The notes under the pieces are model-generated. The model saw nothing but the letters and a program-made list of their open reading frames with translations. It made no database searches and was not told the DNA's origin. From the NCBI RefSeq assembly GCF_009914755.1, contig NC_060925.1: a stretch of DNA of 64,000 bases, one strand, 5' to 3'. Positions 40,901-55,900 of this stretch are shown one piece after another. A program made the position numbers and the translations under genes. Source of the stretch: the human T2T-CHM13v2.0 reference genome, Homo sapiens. Every line of letters starts with the position of its first letter. The stretch's first letter is position 1.

Positions 40901-43900
40901 ATGGACTCATCATCGAATGGATTCGAATGGAATCATCGAATAAAATTGATTGAAATCATCATCGAATGGAATCGAATGGTATCATTGAATGGAATCGAAT
41001 GGAATCATCATCAGATGGAAATGAATGGAATCGTCATAGAATGGAATCGAATGGATTCATTGAATGGAATCAGATGGAATCATCGAATGGACTGGAATGG
41101 AATCATTGAATGGACTCGAAAGGGATCATGATTGAATGGAATTGAATGGAATCATGGAATGGTCTCGATTGGAATCATTATCAAATGGAATCGAATGGAA
41201 TCACCGAATAGAATCGAATGGAACAATCATCGAATGGACTCAAATGGAATTATCCTCCAATGGAATCGAATGGAATTATCGAATGCAATCGAATGGAATT
41301 ATCGAATGCAATCGAATAGAATCATCGAATGGACTCGAATGGAATCATTGAATGGAATGGAATGGAACAGTCAATGAACACGAATGGAATCATCACTGAA
41401 TGGAATCGAATGGAATCATCGAGTGGAATCGAATGGAATTATGATCAAATGGAATCGAATGTAATCATCATCAAATGGAATCAAAAATAACCATCATCAA
41501 TTGGTATTGAATGGAATTGTCATCAAATGGAATTCAAAGGAATCATCATCAAATGGAACCGAATGGAATCCTCATTGAATGGAAATGAAAGGGGTCATCA
41601 TCTAATGGAATCGCATGGAATCATCATCAAATGGAATTGAATGGAATCATCATCAAATGGAATCTGATGGAATCATTGAACAGAATTGAATGGAATCGTC
41701 ATCGAATGAATTGAATGCAATCATCGAATGGTCTCGAATGGAATCATCTTCTAATGGAAAGGAATGGAATCATCACATAGAATCGAATGGAATTATCATC
41801 GAATGGAATCGAATGGTATCAACACCAAACGGAAAAAAACGGAATTATCGAATGGAATCGAAGAGAATCTTCGAACGGACCCGAATGGAATCATCTAATG
41901 GAATGGAATGGAATAATCCATGGACTCGAATGCAATCATCATCGAATGGAATCGAATGGAATCATCGAATGGACTCGAATGGAATAATCATTGAACGGAA
42001 TCGAATGGAATCATTATCAGATGGAAACGAATGGAATCATCATCGAATGGAAATGAAAGGAGTCATCATCTAATGGAATTGCATGGAATCATCATAAAAT
42101 GGTATCGAATGGAATCAACATCAAATGGAATCAAATGGAATCATTGAACGGAATTGAATGGAATCGTCATCGAATAAATTGACTGCAATCATCGAATGGT
42201 CTCGAATGGAATCACCTTCAAATGGAATGGAATGGAATCATCGCATAGAATCGAATGGAATCATCATCGAATGGAATCGAATGGAATCAACATCAAACGG
42301 AAAAAAACGGAATTATCGTATGGAATCGAAGAGAATCATCGAATGGACCCGAATGGAATCATCTAATGGAATGGAATGGAATAATCCATGGACTCGAATG
42401 CAATCATCATCGAATGGAATCGAATGGAATCATCGAATGGACTCGAATGGAATAATCATTGAACGGAATCGAATGGAATCATCATCGGATGGAAATGAAT
42501 GGAATCATCATCGAATGGAATCGAATAGAATTATGGAATGAAATCCAGTGTGATCATCATCGAATGGACCCGAATGGAATCATCATCCAATGGAAGCTAA
42601 TGGAATCAACATCGAATGAATCGAATGGAAACACCATCGAATTGAAACGAATGGAATTATCATGAAATTGAAATGGATGGACTCATCATCGAATGGATTC
42701 GAATGGAATCATCGAATAAAATTGATTGAAATCATCATCCAATGGAATCGAATGGTATCATTGAATGGAATCGAATGGAATCATCATCAGATGGAAATGA
42801 ATGGAATCGTCATAGAATGGAATCGAATGGATTCATTGAATGGAATCAGATGGAATCATCGAATGGACTGGAATGGAATCATTGAATGGACTCGAAAGGG
42901 AGCATGATTGAATGGAATTGAATGGAATCATCGAATGGTCTCGATTGGAATCATTATCAAATGGAATCGAATGGAATCACCGAATAGAATCGAATGGAAC
43001 AATCATCGAATGGACTCAAATGGAATTATCCTCAAATGGAATCGAATGGAATTATCGAATGCAATCGAATGGAATTATCGAATGCAATCGAATAGAATCA
43101 TCGAATGGACTCGAATGGAATCATCGAATGGAATGGAATGGAACAGTCAATGAACTCGAATGGAATCATCATTGAATGGAATCGAATGGAATCATCGAGT
43201 GGAATCGAATGGAATTATGATCAAATGGAATCGAATGTAATCATCATGAAATGGAATCAAAAATAACCATCATCAATTGGTATTGAATGGAATTGTCATC
43301 AAATGGAATTCAAAGGAATCATCATCAAATGGAACCGAATGGAATCCTCATTGAATGGAAATGAAAGGGGTCATCATCTAATGGAATCGCATGGAATCAT
43401 CATCAAATGGAATCAAATGGAATCATCATCAAATGGAATCTAATGGAATCATTGAACAGAATTGAATGGAATCGTCATCGAATGAATTGAATGCAATCAT
43501 CGAATGGTCTCGAATGGAATCATCTTCTAATGGAAAGGAATGGAATCATCGCATAGAATCGAATGGAATTATCATCGAATGGAATCGAATGGTATCAACA
43601 CCAAACGGAAAAAAACGGAATTATCGAATGGAATCAAAGAGAATCTTCTAACGGACCCGAATGGAATCATCTAATGGAATGGAATGGAATAATCCATGGA
43701 CTCGAATGCAATCATCATCGAATGGAATCGAATGGAATCATCGAATGGACTCGAATGGAATAATCATTGAACGGAATCGAATGGAATCATTATCAGATGG
43801 AAACGAATGGAATCATCTTCGAATGGAAATGAAAGGAGTCATCATCTAATGGAATTGCATGGAATCTTCATAAAATGGAATCGAATGAAATCAACATCAA

Positions 43901-46900
43901 ATGGAATCAAATGGAATCATTGAACGGAATTGAATGGAATCGTCATCGAATGAATTGACTGCAATCATCGAATGGTCTCGAATGGAATCATCTTCAAATG
44001 GAATGGAATGGAATCATCGCATAGAATCGAATGGAATTATCATCGAATGGAATCGAATGGTATCAACACCAAACGGAAAAAAACGGAATTATCGAAAGGA
44101 ATCGAAGAGAATCTTCGAACGGACCCGAATGGAATCATCTAATGGAATGGAATGGAATAATCCATGGACTCGAATGCAATCATCATCGAATGGAATCGAA
44201 TGGAATCATCGAATGGACTCGAATGGAATAATCATTGAACGGAATCGAATGGAATCATCATCGGATGGAAATGAATGGAATCATCATCGAATGGAATCGA
44301 ATAGAATTATGGAATGAAATCCACTGTGATCATCATCGAATGGACCCGAATGGAATCATCATCCAACAGAAGCTAATGGAATCAACATCGAATGAATCGA
44401 ATGGAAACACCATCGAATTGAAACGAATGGAATTACCATGAAATTAAAATGGATGGACTCATCATCGAATGGATTCGGATGGAATCATCGAATAAAATTG
44501 ATTGAAATCATCATCGAATGAAATCGAATGGTATCATTGAATGGAATCGAATGGAATCATCATCAGATGGAAATGAATGGAATCGTCATAGAATGGAATC
44601 GAATGGATTCATTGAATGGAATCAGATGGAATCATCGAATGGACTGGAATGGAATCATTGAATGGACTCGAAAGGGATCATGATTGAATGGAATTGAATG
44701 GAATCATCGAATGGTCTCGATTGGAATCATTATCAAATGGAATCGAATGGAATCACCGAATAGAATCGAATGGAACAATCATCGAATGGACTCAAACGGA
44801 ATTATCCTTAAATGGAATCGAATGGAATTATCGAATGCAATCGAATAGAATCATCGAATGGACTCGAATGGAATCATCGAATGGAATGGAATGGAACAGT
44901 CAATGAACTCGAATGGAATCATCATTGAATGGAATCGAATGGAATCATCGAGTGGAATCGAATGGAATTATGATCAAATGGAATCGAATGTAATCATCAT
45001 CAAATGGAATCAAAAATAACCATCATCAATTGGTATTGAATGGAATTGTCATCAAATGGAATTCAAAGGAATCATCATCAAATGGAACCGAATGGAATCC
45101 TCATTGAATGGAAATGAAAGGGGTCATCATCTAATGGAATCGCATGGAATCATCATCAAATGGAATCGAATGGAATCATCATCAAATGGAATCTAATGGA
45201 ATCATTGAACAGAATTGAATGGAATCGTCATCGAATGAATTGAATGCAATCATCGAATGGTCTCGAATGGAATCATCTTCTAATGGAAAGGAATGGAATC
45301 ATCGCATAGAATCGAATGGAATTATCATCGAATGGAATCGAATGGTATCAACACCAAACGGAAAAATACGGAATTATCGAATGGAATCGAAGAGAATCTT
45401 CGAACGGACCCGAATGGAATCATCTAATGGAATGGAATGGAATAATCCATGGACTCGAATGCAATCATCATCGAATGGAATCGAATGGAATCATCGAATG
45501 GACTCGAATGGAATAATCATTGAACGGAATCGAATGGAATCATCATCGGATGGAAACGAATGGAATCATCATCGAATGGAAATGAAAGGAGTCATCATCT
45601 AATGGAATTGCATGGAATCATCATAAAATGGAATCGAATGGAATCAACATCAAATGGAATCAAATGGAATCATTGAACGGAATTGAATGGAATCGTCATC
45701 GAATGAATTGACTGCAATCATCGAATGTTCTCGAATGGAATCATCTTCAAATGAAATGGAATGGAATCATCGCATAGAATCGAATGGAATTATCATCGAA
45801 TGGAATCGAATGGAATCAACATCAAACGGAAAAAAACGGAATTATCGTATGGAATCGAAGAGAATCATCGAATAGACCCGAATGGAATCATCTAATAGAA
45901 TGGAATGGAATAATCCATGGACTCGAATGCAATCATCATCGAATGGAATCGAATGGAATCATCGAATGGACTCGAATGGAATAATCATTGAACGGAATCG
46001 AATGGAATCATCATCGGATGGAAATGAATGGAATCATCATCGAATGGAATCTAATAGAATTATGGAATGAAATCCAGTGTGATCATCATCGAATGGACCC
46101 GAATGGAATCATCATCCAACGGAAGCTAATGGAATCAACATCGAATGAATCAAATGGAAACACCATCGAATTGAAAGGAATGGAATTATCATGAAATTGA
46201 AATGGATGGACTCATCATCGAATGGATTCGAATGGAATCATCGAATAAAATTGATTGAAATCATCATCGAATGGAATCGAATGGTATCATTGAATGGAAT
46301 CGAATGGAATCATCATCAGATGGAAATGAATGGAATCGTCATAGAATGGAATCGAATGGATTCATTGAATGGAATCAGATGGAATCATCGAATGGACTGG
46401 AATGGAATCATTGAATGGACTCGAAAGGGATCATGATTGAATGGAATTGAATGGAATCATCGAATGGTCTCGATTGGAATCATTATCAAATGGAATCGAA
46501 TGGAATCACCGAATAGAATCGAATGGAACAATCATCGAATGGACTCAAATGGAATTATCCTCAAATGGAATCGAATGGAATTATCGAATGCAATCGAATG
46601 GAATTATCGAATGCAATCGAATAGAATCATCGAAAGGACTCGAATGGAATCATCGAATGGAATGGAATGGAACAGTCAATGAACTCGAATGGAATCATCA
46701 TTGAATGGAATCGAATGGAATCATCGAGTGGAATCGAATGGAATTATGATCAAATGGAATCGAATGTAATCATCATCAAATGGAATCAAAAATAACCATC
46801 ATCAATTGGTATTGAATGGAATTGTCATCAAATGGAATTCAAAGGAATCATCATCAAATGGAACCGAATGGAATCCTCATTGAATGGAAATGAAAGGGGT

Positions 46901-49900
46901 CATCATCTAATGGAATCGCATGGAATCATCATCAAATGGAATCGAATGGAATCATCATCAAATGGAATCTAATGGAATCATTGAACAGAATTGAATGGAA
47001 TCGTCATCGAATGAATTGAATGCAATCATCGAATGGTCTCGAATGGAATCATCTTCTAATGGAAAGGAATGGAATCATCGCATAGAATCGAATGGAATTA
47101 TCATCGAATGGAATTGAATGGTATCAACACCAAACGGAAAAAAACGGAATTATCGAATGGAATCGAAGAGAATCTTCGAACGGACCCGAATGGAATCATC
47201 TAATGGAATGGAATGGAATAATCCATGGACTCGAATGCAATCATCATCGAATGGAATCGAATGGAATCATCGAATGGACTCGAATGGAATAATCATTGAA
47301 CGGAATCGAATGGAATCATCATCGGATGGAAACGAATGGAATCATCATCGAATGGAAATGAAAGGAGTCATCATCTAATGGAATTGCATGGAATCATCAT
47401 AAGATGGAATCGAATGGAATCAAAATCAAATGGAATCAAATGGAATCATCGAACGGAATTGAATGGAATCGTCATCGAATGAATTGACTGCAATCATCGA
47501 ATGGTCTCGAATGGAATCATCTTCAAATGGAATGGAATGGAATCATCGCATAGAATCGAATGGAATTATCATCGAATGGAATCGAATGGAATCAACATCA
47601 AACGGAAAAAAACAGAATTATCGTATGGAATTGAAGAGAATCATCGAATGGACCCGAATGGAATCATCTAATGGAATGGAATGGAATAATCCATGGACTC
47701 GAATGCAATCATCATCGAATGGAATCGAATGGAATCTTCGAATGGACTCGAATGGAATAATCATTGAACGGAATCGAATGGAATCATCATCGGATGGAAA
47801 TGAATGGAATCATCATCGAATGGAATCGAATAGAATTATGGAATGAAATCCAGTGTGATCATCATCGAATGGACCCGAATGGAATCATCATCCAACGGAA
47901 GCTAATGGAATCAACATCGAATGAATCGAATGGAAACACCATCGAATTGAAACGAATGGAATTATCATGAAATTGAAATGGATGGACTCATCATCGAATG
48001 GATTCGAATGGAATCAACGAATAAAATTGATTGAAATCATCATCAAATGGAATCGAATGGTATCATTGAATGGAATCGAATGGAATCATCATCAGATGGA
48101 AATGAATGGAATCGTCATAGAATGGAATCGAATGGATTCATTGAATGGAATCAGATGGAATCATCGAATGGACTGGAATGGAATCATTGAATGGACTCGA
48201 AATGGATCATTATTGAATGGAATTGAATGGAATCATCGAATGGTCTCGATTGGAATCATTATCAAATGGAATCGAATGGAATCACCGAATAGAATCGAAT
48301 GGAACAATCATCGAATGGACTCAAATGGAATTATCCTCAAATGGAATCGAATGGAATTATCGAATGCAATCGAATGGAATTATCGAATGCAATCGAATAG
48401 AATCATCGAAAGGACTCGAATGGAATCATCGAATGGAATGGAATGGAACAGTCAGTGAACTCGAATGGAATCATCATTGAATGGAATCGAATGGAATCAT
48501 CGAGTGGAATCGAATGGAATTATGATCAAATGGAATCGAATGTAATCATCATCAAATGGAATCAAAAATAACCATCATCAATTGGTATTGAATGGAATTG
48601 TCATCAAATGGAATTCAAAGGAATCATCATCAAATGGAACCGAATGGAATCCTCATTGAATGGAAATGAAAGGGGTCATCATCTAATGGAATCGCATGGA
48701 ATCATCATCAAATGGAATCGAATGGAATCATCATCAAATGGAATCTAATGGAATCATTGAACAGAATTGAATGGAATGGTCATCGAATGAATTGAATGCA
48801 ATCATCGAATGGTCTCGAATGGAATCATCTTCTAATGGAAAGGAATGGAATCATCGCATAGAATCGAATGGAATTATCATCGAATGGAATCGAATGGTAT
48901 CAACACCAAACGGAAAAAAACGGAATTGTCGAATGGAATCGAAGAGAATCTTCGAACGGACCCGAATGGAATCATCTAATGGAATAGAATGTAATAATCC
49001 ATGGAGTCGAATGCAATCATCATCGAATGGAATCGAATGGAATCATCGAGTGGACTCGAATGGAATAATCATTGAACGGAATCGATTGGAATCATCATCG
49101 GATGGAAACGAATGGAATCATCATCGAATGGAAATGAAAGGAGTCATCATCTAATGGAATTGCATGGAATCATCATAAAATGGAATCGAATGGAATCAAC
49201 ATCAAATGGAATCAAATGGAATCATTGAACGGAATTGAATGGAATCGTCATCGAATGAATTGACTGCAATCATCCAATGGTCTCGAATGGAATCATGTTC
49301 AAATGGAATGGAATGGAATCATCGCATAGAATCGAATGGAATTATCATCGAATGGAATCGAATGGAATCAACATCCAACGGAAAAAACGGAATTATCGAA
49401 TGGAATCGAAGAGAATCATCGAATGGACCCGAATGGAATCATCTAATGGAATGGAATGGAATAATCCATGGACTCGAATGCAATCATCATCGAATGGAAT
49501 CGAATGGAATCATCGAATGGACTCGAATGGAATAATCATTGAACGGAATCGAATGGAATCATCATCGGATGGAAATGAATGGAATCATCATCGAATGGAA
49601 TCGAATAGAATTATGGAATGAAATCCAGTGTGATCATCATCGAATGGACCCGAATGGAATCATCATCCAACGGAAGCTAATGGAATCAACATCGAATGAA
49701 TCGAATGGAAACACCATCGAATTGAAACGAATGGAATTATCATGAAATTGAAACGGATGGACACATCATCGAATGGATTCGAATGGAATCATCGAATAAA
49801 ATTGATTGAAATCATCATCAAATGGAATCGAATGGTATCATTGAATGGAATCGAATGGAATCATCATCAGATGGAAATGAATGGAATCGTCATAGAATGG

Positions 49901-52900
49901 AATCGAATGGATTCATTGAATGGAATCAGATGGAATCATCGAATGGACTGGAATGGAATCATTGAATGGACTCGAAAGGGATCATGATTGAATGGAATTG
50001 AATGGAATCATCGAATGGTCTCGATTGGAATCATTATCAAATGGAATCGAATGGAATCACCGAATAGAATCGAATGGAACAATCATCGAATGGACTCAAA
50101 TGGAATTATCCTCAAATGGAATCGAATGGAATTATCGAATGCAATCGAATGGAATTATCGAATGCAATCGAATAGAATCATCGAATGGACTCGAATGGAA
50201 TCATCGAATGGAATGGAATGGAACAGTCAATGAACTCGAATGGAATCATCATTGAATGGAATCGAATGGAATCATCGAGTGGAATCGAATGGAATTATGA
50301 TCAAATGGAATCGAATGTAATCATCATCAAATGGAATCAAAAATAACCATCATCAATTGGTATTGAATGGAATTGTCATCAAATGGAATTCAAAGGAATC
50401 ATCATCAAATGGAACCGAATGGAATCCTCATTGAATGGAAATGAAAGGGGTCATCATCTAATGGAATCGCATGGAATCATCATCAAATGGAATCGAATGG
50501 AATCATCATCAAATGGAATCTAATGGAATCATTGAACAGAATTGAATGGAATCTTCATCGAATGAATTGAATGCAATCATCGAATGGTCTCGAATGGAAT
50601 CATCTTCTAATGGAAAGGAATGGAATCATCGCATAGAATCGAATGGAATTATCATCGAATGGAATCGAATGGTATCAACACCAAACGGAAAAAAACGGAA
50701 TTATCGAATGGAATCGAAGAGAATCTTCGAACGGACCCGAATGGAATCATCTAATGGAATGGAATGGAATAATCCATCGACTCGAATGCAATCATCATCG
50801 AATGGAATCGAATGGAATCATCGAATGGACTCGAATGGAATAATCATTGAACGGAATCGAATGGAATCATCATCGGATGGAAACGAATGGAATCATCATC
50901 GAATGGAAATGAAAGGAGTCATCATCTAATGGAATTGCATGGAATCATCATAAAATGGAATCGAATGGAATCAACATCAAATGGAATCAAATGGAATCAT
51001 TGAACGGAATTGAATGGAATCGTCATCGAATGAATTGACTGCAATCATCGAATGGTCTCGAATGGAATCATCTTCAAATGGAATGGAATGGAATCATCCC
51101 ATAGAATCGAATGGAATTATCATCGAATGGAATCGAATGGAATCAACATCAAACGGAAAAAAACGGAATTATCGAATGGAATCGAAGAGAATCATCGAAT
51201 GGACCCGAATGGAATCATCTAATGGAATGGAATGGAATAATCCATGGACTCGAATGCAATCATCATCGAATGGAATCGAATGGAATCATCGAATGGACTC
51301 GAATGGAATAATCATTGAACGGAATCGAATGGAATCATCATCGGATGGAAATGAATGGAATCATCATCGAATGGAATCGAATAGAATTATGGAATGAAAT
51401 CCAGTGTGATCATCATCGAATGGACCCGAATGGAATCATCATCCAACGGAAGCTAACGGAATCAACATCGAATGAATCGAATGGAAACACCATCGAATTG
51501 AAACGAATGGAATTATCATGAAATTGAAATGGATGGACTCATCATCGAATGGATTCGAATGGAATCATCGAATAAAATTGATTGAAATCATCATCCAATG
51601 GAATCGAATGGTATCATTGAATGGAATCGAATGGAATCATCATCAGATGGAAATGAATGGAATCGTCATAGAATGGAATCGAATGGATTCATTGAATGGA
51701 ATCAGATGGAATCATCGAATGGACTGGAATGGAATCATTGAATGGACTCGAAAGGGATCATGATTGAATGGAATTGAATGGAATCATCGAATGGTCTCGA
51801 TTGGAATCATTATCAAATGGAATCGAATGGAATCACCGAATAGAATCGAATGGAACAATCATCGAATGGACTCAAATGGAATTATCCTCCAATGGAATCG
51901 AATGGAATTATCGAATGCAATCGAATGGAATTATCGAATGCAATGGAATAGAATCATCGAATGGACTCGAATGGAATCATCGAATGGAATGGAATGGAAC
52001 AGTCAATGAACTCGAATGGAATCATCATTGAATGGAATCGAATGGAATCATCGAGTGGAATCGAATGGAATTATGATCAAATGGAATCGAATGTAATCAT
52101 CATGAAATGGAATCAAAAATAACCATCATCAATTGGTATTGAATGGAATTGTCATCAAATGGAATTCAAAGGAATCATCATCAAATGGAACCGAATGGAA
52201 TCCTCATTGAATGGAAATGAAAGGGGTCATCATCTAATGGAATCGCATGGAATCATCATCAAATGGAATCGAATGGAATCATCATCAAATGGAATCTAAT
52301 GGAATCATTGAACAGAATTGAATGGAATCGTCATCAAATGAATTGAATGCAATCATCGAATGGTCTCGAATGGAATCATCTTCTAATGGAAAGGAATGGA
52401 ATCATCGCATAGAATCGAAAGGAATTATCATCGAATGGAATCGAATGGTATCAACACCAAACGGAAAAAAACGGAATTATCGAATGGAATCGAAGAGAAT
52501 CTTCGAACGGACCCGAATGGAATCATCTAATGGAATGGAATGGAATAATCCATGGACTCGAATGCAATCATCATCGAATGGAATGGAATGGAATCATCGA
52601 ATGGACTCGAATGGAATAATCATTGAACGGAATCGAATGGAATCATCATCGGATGGAAACGAATGGAATCATCATCGAATGGAAATGAAAGGAGTCATCA
52701 TCTAATGGAATTGCATGGAATCATCATAAAATGGAATCGAATGGAATCAACATCAAATGGAATCAAATGGAATCATTGAACGGAATTGAATGGAATCGTC
52801 ATCGAATGAATTGACTGCAATCATCGAATGGTCTCGAATGGAATCATCTTCAAATGGAATGGAATGGAATCATCGCATAGAATCGAATGGAATTATCATC

Positions 52901-55900
52901 GAATGGAATCGAATGGAATCAACATCAAACGGAAAAAAACAGAATTATCGTATGGAATCGAAGAGAATCATCGAATGGACCCGAATGGAATCATCTAATG
53001 GAATGGAATGGAATAATCCATGGACTCGAATGCAATCATCATCGAATGGAATCGAATGGAATCATCGAATGGACTCGAATGGAATAATCATTGAACGGAA
53101 TCGAATGGAATCATCATCGGATGGAAATGAATGGAATCATCATCGAATGGAATCGAATAGAATTATGGAATGAAATCCAGTGTGATCATCATCGAATGGA
53201 CCCGAATGGAATCATCATCCAACGGAAGCTAATGGAATCAACATCGAATGAATCGAATGGAAACACCATCGAATTGAAACGAATGGAATTATCATGAAAT
53301 TGAAATGGATGGACTCATCATCGAATGGATTCGAATGGAATCATCGAATAAAATTGATTGAAATCATCATCAAATGGAATCGAATGGTATCATTGAATGG
53401 AATCGAATGGAATCATCATCAGATGGAAATGAATGGAATCGTCATAGAATGGAATCGAATGGATTCATTGAATGGAATCAGATGGAATCATCGAATGGAC
53501 TGGAATGGAATCATTGAATGGACTCGAAAGGGATCATGATTGAATGGAATTGAATGGAATCATCGAATGGTCTCGATTGGAATCATTACCAAATGGAATC
53601 GAATGGAATCACCGAATAGAATCGAATGGAACAATCATCGAATGGACTCAAATGGAATTATCCTCCAATGGAATCGAATGGAATTATCGAATGCAATCGA
53701 ATGGAATTATCGAATGCAATCGAATAGAATCATCGAATGGACTCGAATGGAATCATCGAATGGAATGGAATGGAACAGTCAATGAACTCGAATGGAATCA
53801 TCATTGAATGGAATCGAATGGAATCATCGAGTGGAATCGAATGGAATTATGATCAAATGGAATCGAATGTAATCATCATGAAATGGAATCAAAAATAACC
53901 ATCATCAATTGGTATTGAATGGAATTGTCATCAAATGGAATTCAAAGGAATCATCATCAAATGGAACCGAATGGAATCCTCATTGAATGGAAATGAAAGG
54001 GGTCATCATCTAATGGAATCGCATGGAATCATCATCAAATGGAATCGAATGGAATCATCATCAAATGGAATCTAATGGAATCATTGAACAGAATTGAATG
54101 GAATCGTCATCAAATGAATTGAATGCAATCATCGAATGGTCTCGAATGGAATCATCTTCTAATGGAAAGGAATGGAATCATCGCATAGAATCGAATGGAA
54201 TTATCATCGAATGGAATCGAATGGTATCAACACCAAACGGAAAAAAACGGAATTATCGAATGGAATCGAAGAGAATCTTCGAACGGACCCGAATGGAATC
54301 ATCTAATGGAATGGAATGGAATAATCCATGGACTCGAATGCAATCATCATCGAATGGAATGGAATGGAATCATCGAATGGACTCGAATGGAATAATCATT
54401 GAACGGAATCGAATGGAATCATCATCGGATGGAAACGAATGGAATCATCATCGAATGGAAATGAAAGGAGTCATCATCTAATGGAATTGCATGGAATCAT
54501 CATAAAATGGAATCGAATGGAATCAACATCAAATGGAATCAAATGGAATCATTGAACGGAATTGAATGGAATCGTCATCGAATGAATTGACTGCAATCAT
54601 CGAATGGTCTCGAATGGAATCATCTTCAAATGGAATGGAATGGAATCATCGCATAGAATCGAATGGAATTATCATCGAATGGAATCGAATGGAATCAACA
54701 TCAAACGGAAAAAAACAGAATTATCGTATGGAATCGAAGAGAATCATCGAATGGACCCGAATGGAATCATCTAATGGAATGGAATGGAATAATCCATGGA
54801 CTCGAATGCAATCATCATCGAATGGAATCGAATGGAATCATCGAATGGACTCGAATGGAATAATCATTGAACGGAATCGAATGGAATCATCATCGGATGG
54901 AAATGAATGGAATCATCATCGAATGGAATCGAATAGAATTATGGAATGAAATCCAGTGTGATCATCATCGAATGGACCCGAATGGAATCATCATCCAACG
55001 GAAGCTAATGGAATCAACATCGAATGAATCGAATGGAAACACCATCGAATTGAAACGAATGGAATTATCATGAAATTGAAATGGATGGACTCATCATCGA
55101 ATGGATTCGAATGGAATCATCGAATAAAATTGATTGAAATCATCATCAAATGGAATCGAATGGTATCATTGAATGGAATCGAATGGAATCATCATCAGAT
55201 GGAAATGAATGGAATCGTCATAGAATGGAATCGAATGGATTCATTGAATGGAATCAGATGGAATCATCGAATGGACTGGAATGGAATCATTGAATGGACT
55301 CGAAAGGGATCATTATTGAATGGAATTGAATGGAATCATCGAATGGTCTCGATTGGAATCATTACCAAATGGAATCGAATGGAATCACCGAATAGAATCG
55401 AATGGAACAATCATCGAATGGACTCAAATGGAATTATCCTCAAATGGAATCGAATGGAATTATCGAATGCAATCGAATGGAATTATCGAATGCAATCGAA
55501 TAGAATCATCGAATGGACTCGAATGGAATCATCGAATGGAATGGAATGGAACAGTCAATGAACTCGAATGGAATCATCATTGAATGGAATCGAATGGAAT
55601 CATCGAGTGGAATCGAATGGAATTATGATCAAATGGAAACGAATGTAATCATCATCAAATGGAATCAAAAATAACCATCATCAATTGGTATTGAATGGAA
55701 TTGTCATCAAATGGAATTCAAAGGAATCATCATCAAATGGAACCGAATGGAATCCTCATTGAATGGAAATGAAAGGGGTCATCATCTAATGGAATCGCAT
55801 GGAATCATCATCAAATGGAATCGAATGGAATCATCATCAAATGGAATCTAATGGAATCATTGAACAGAATTGAATGGAATCGTCATCGAATGAATTGAAT

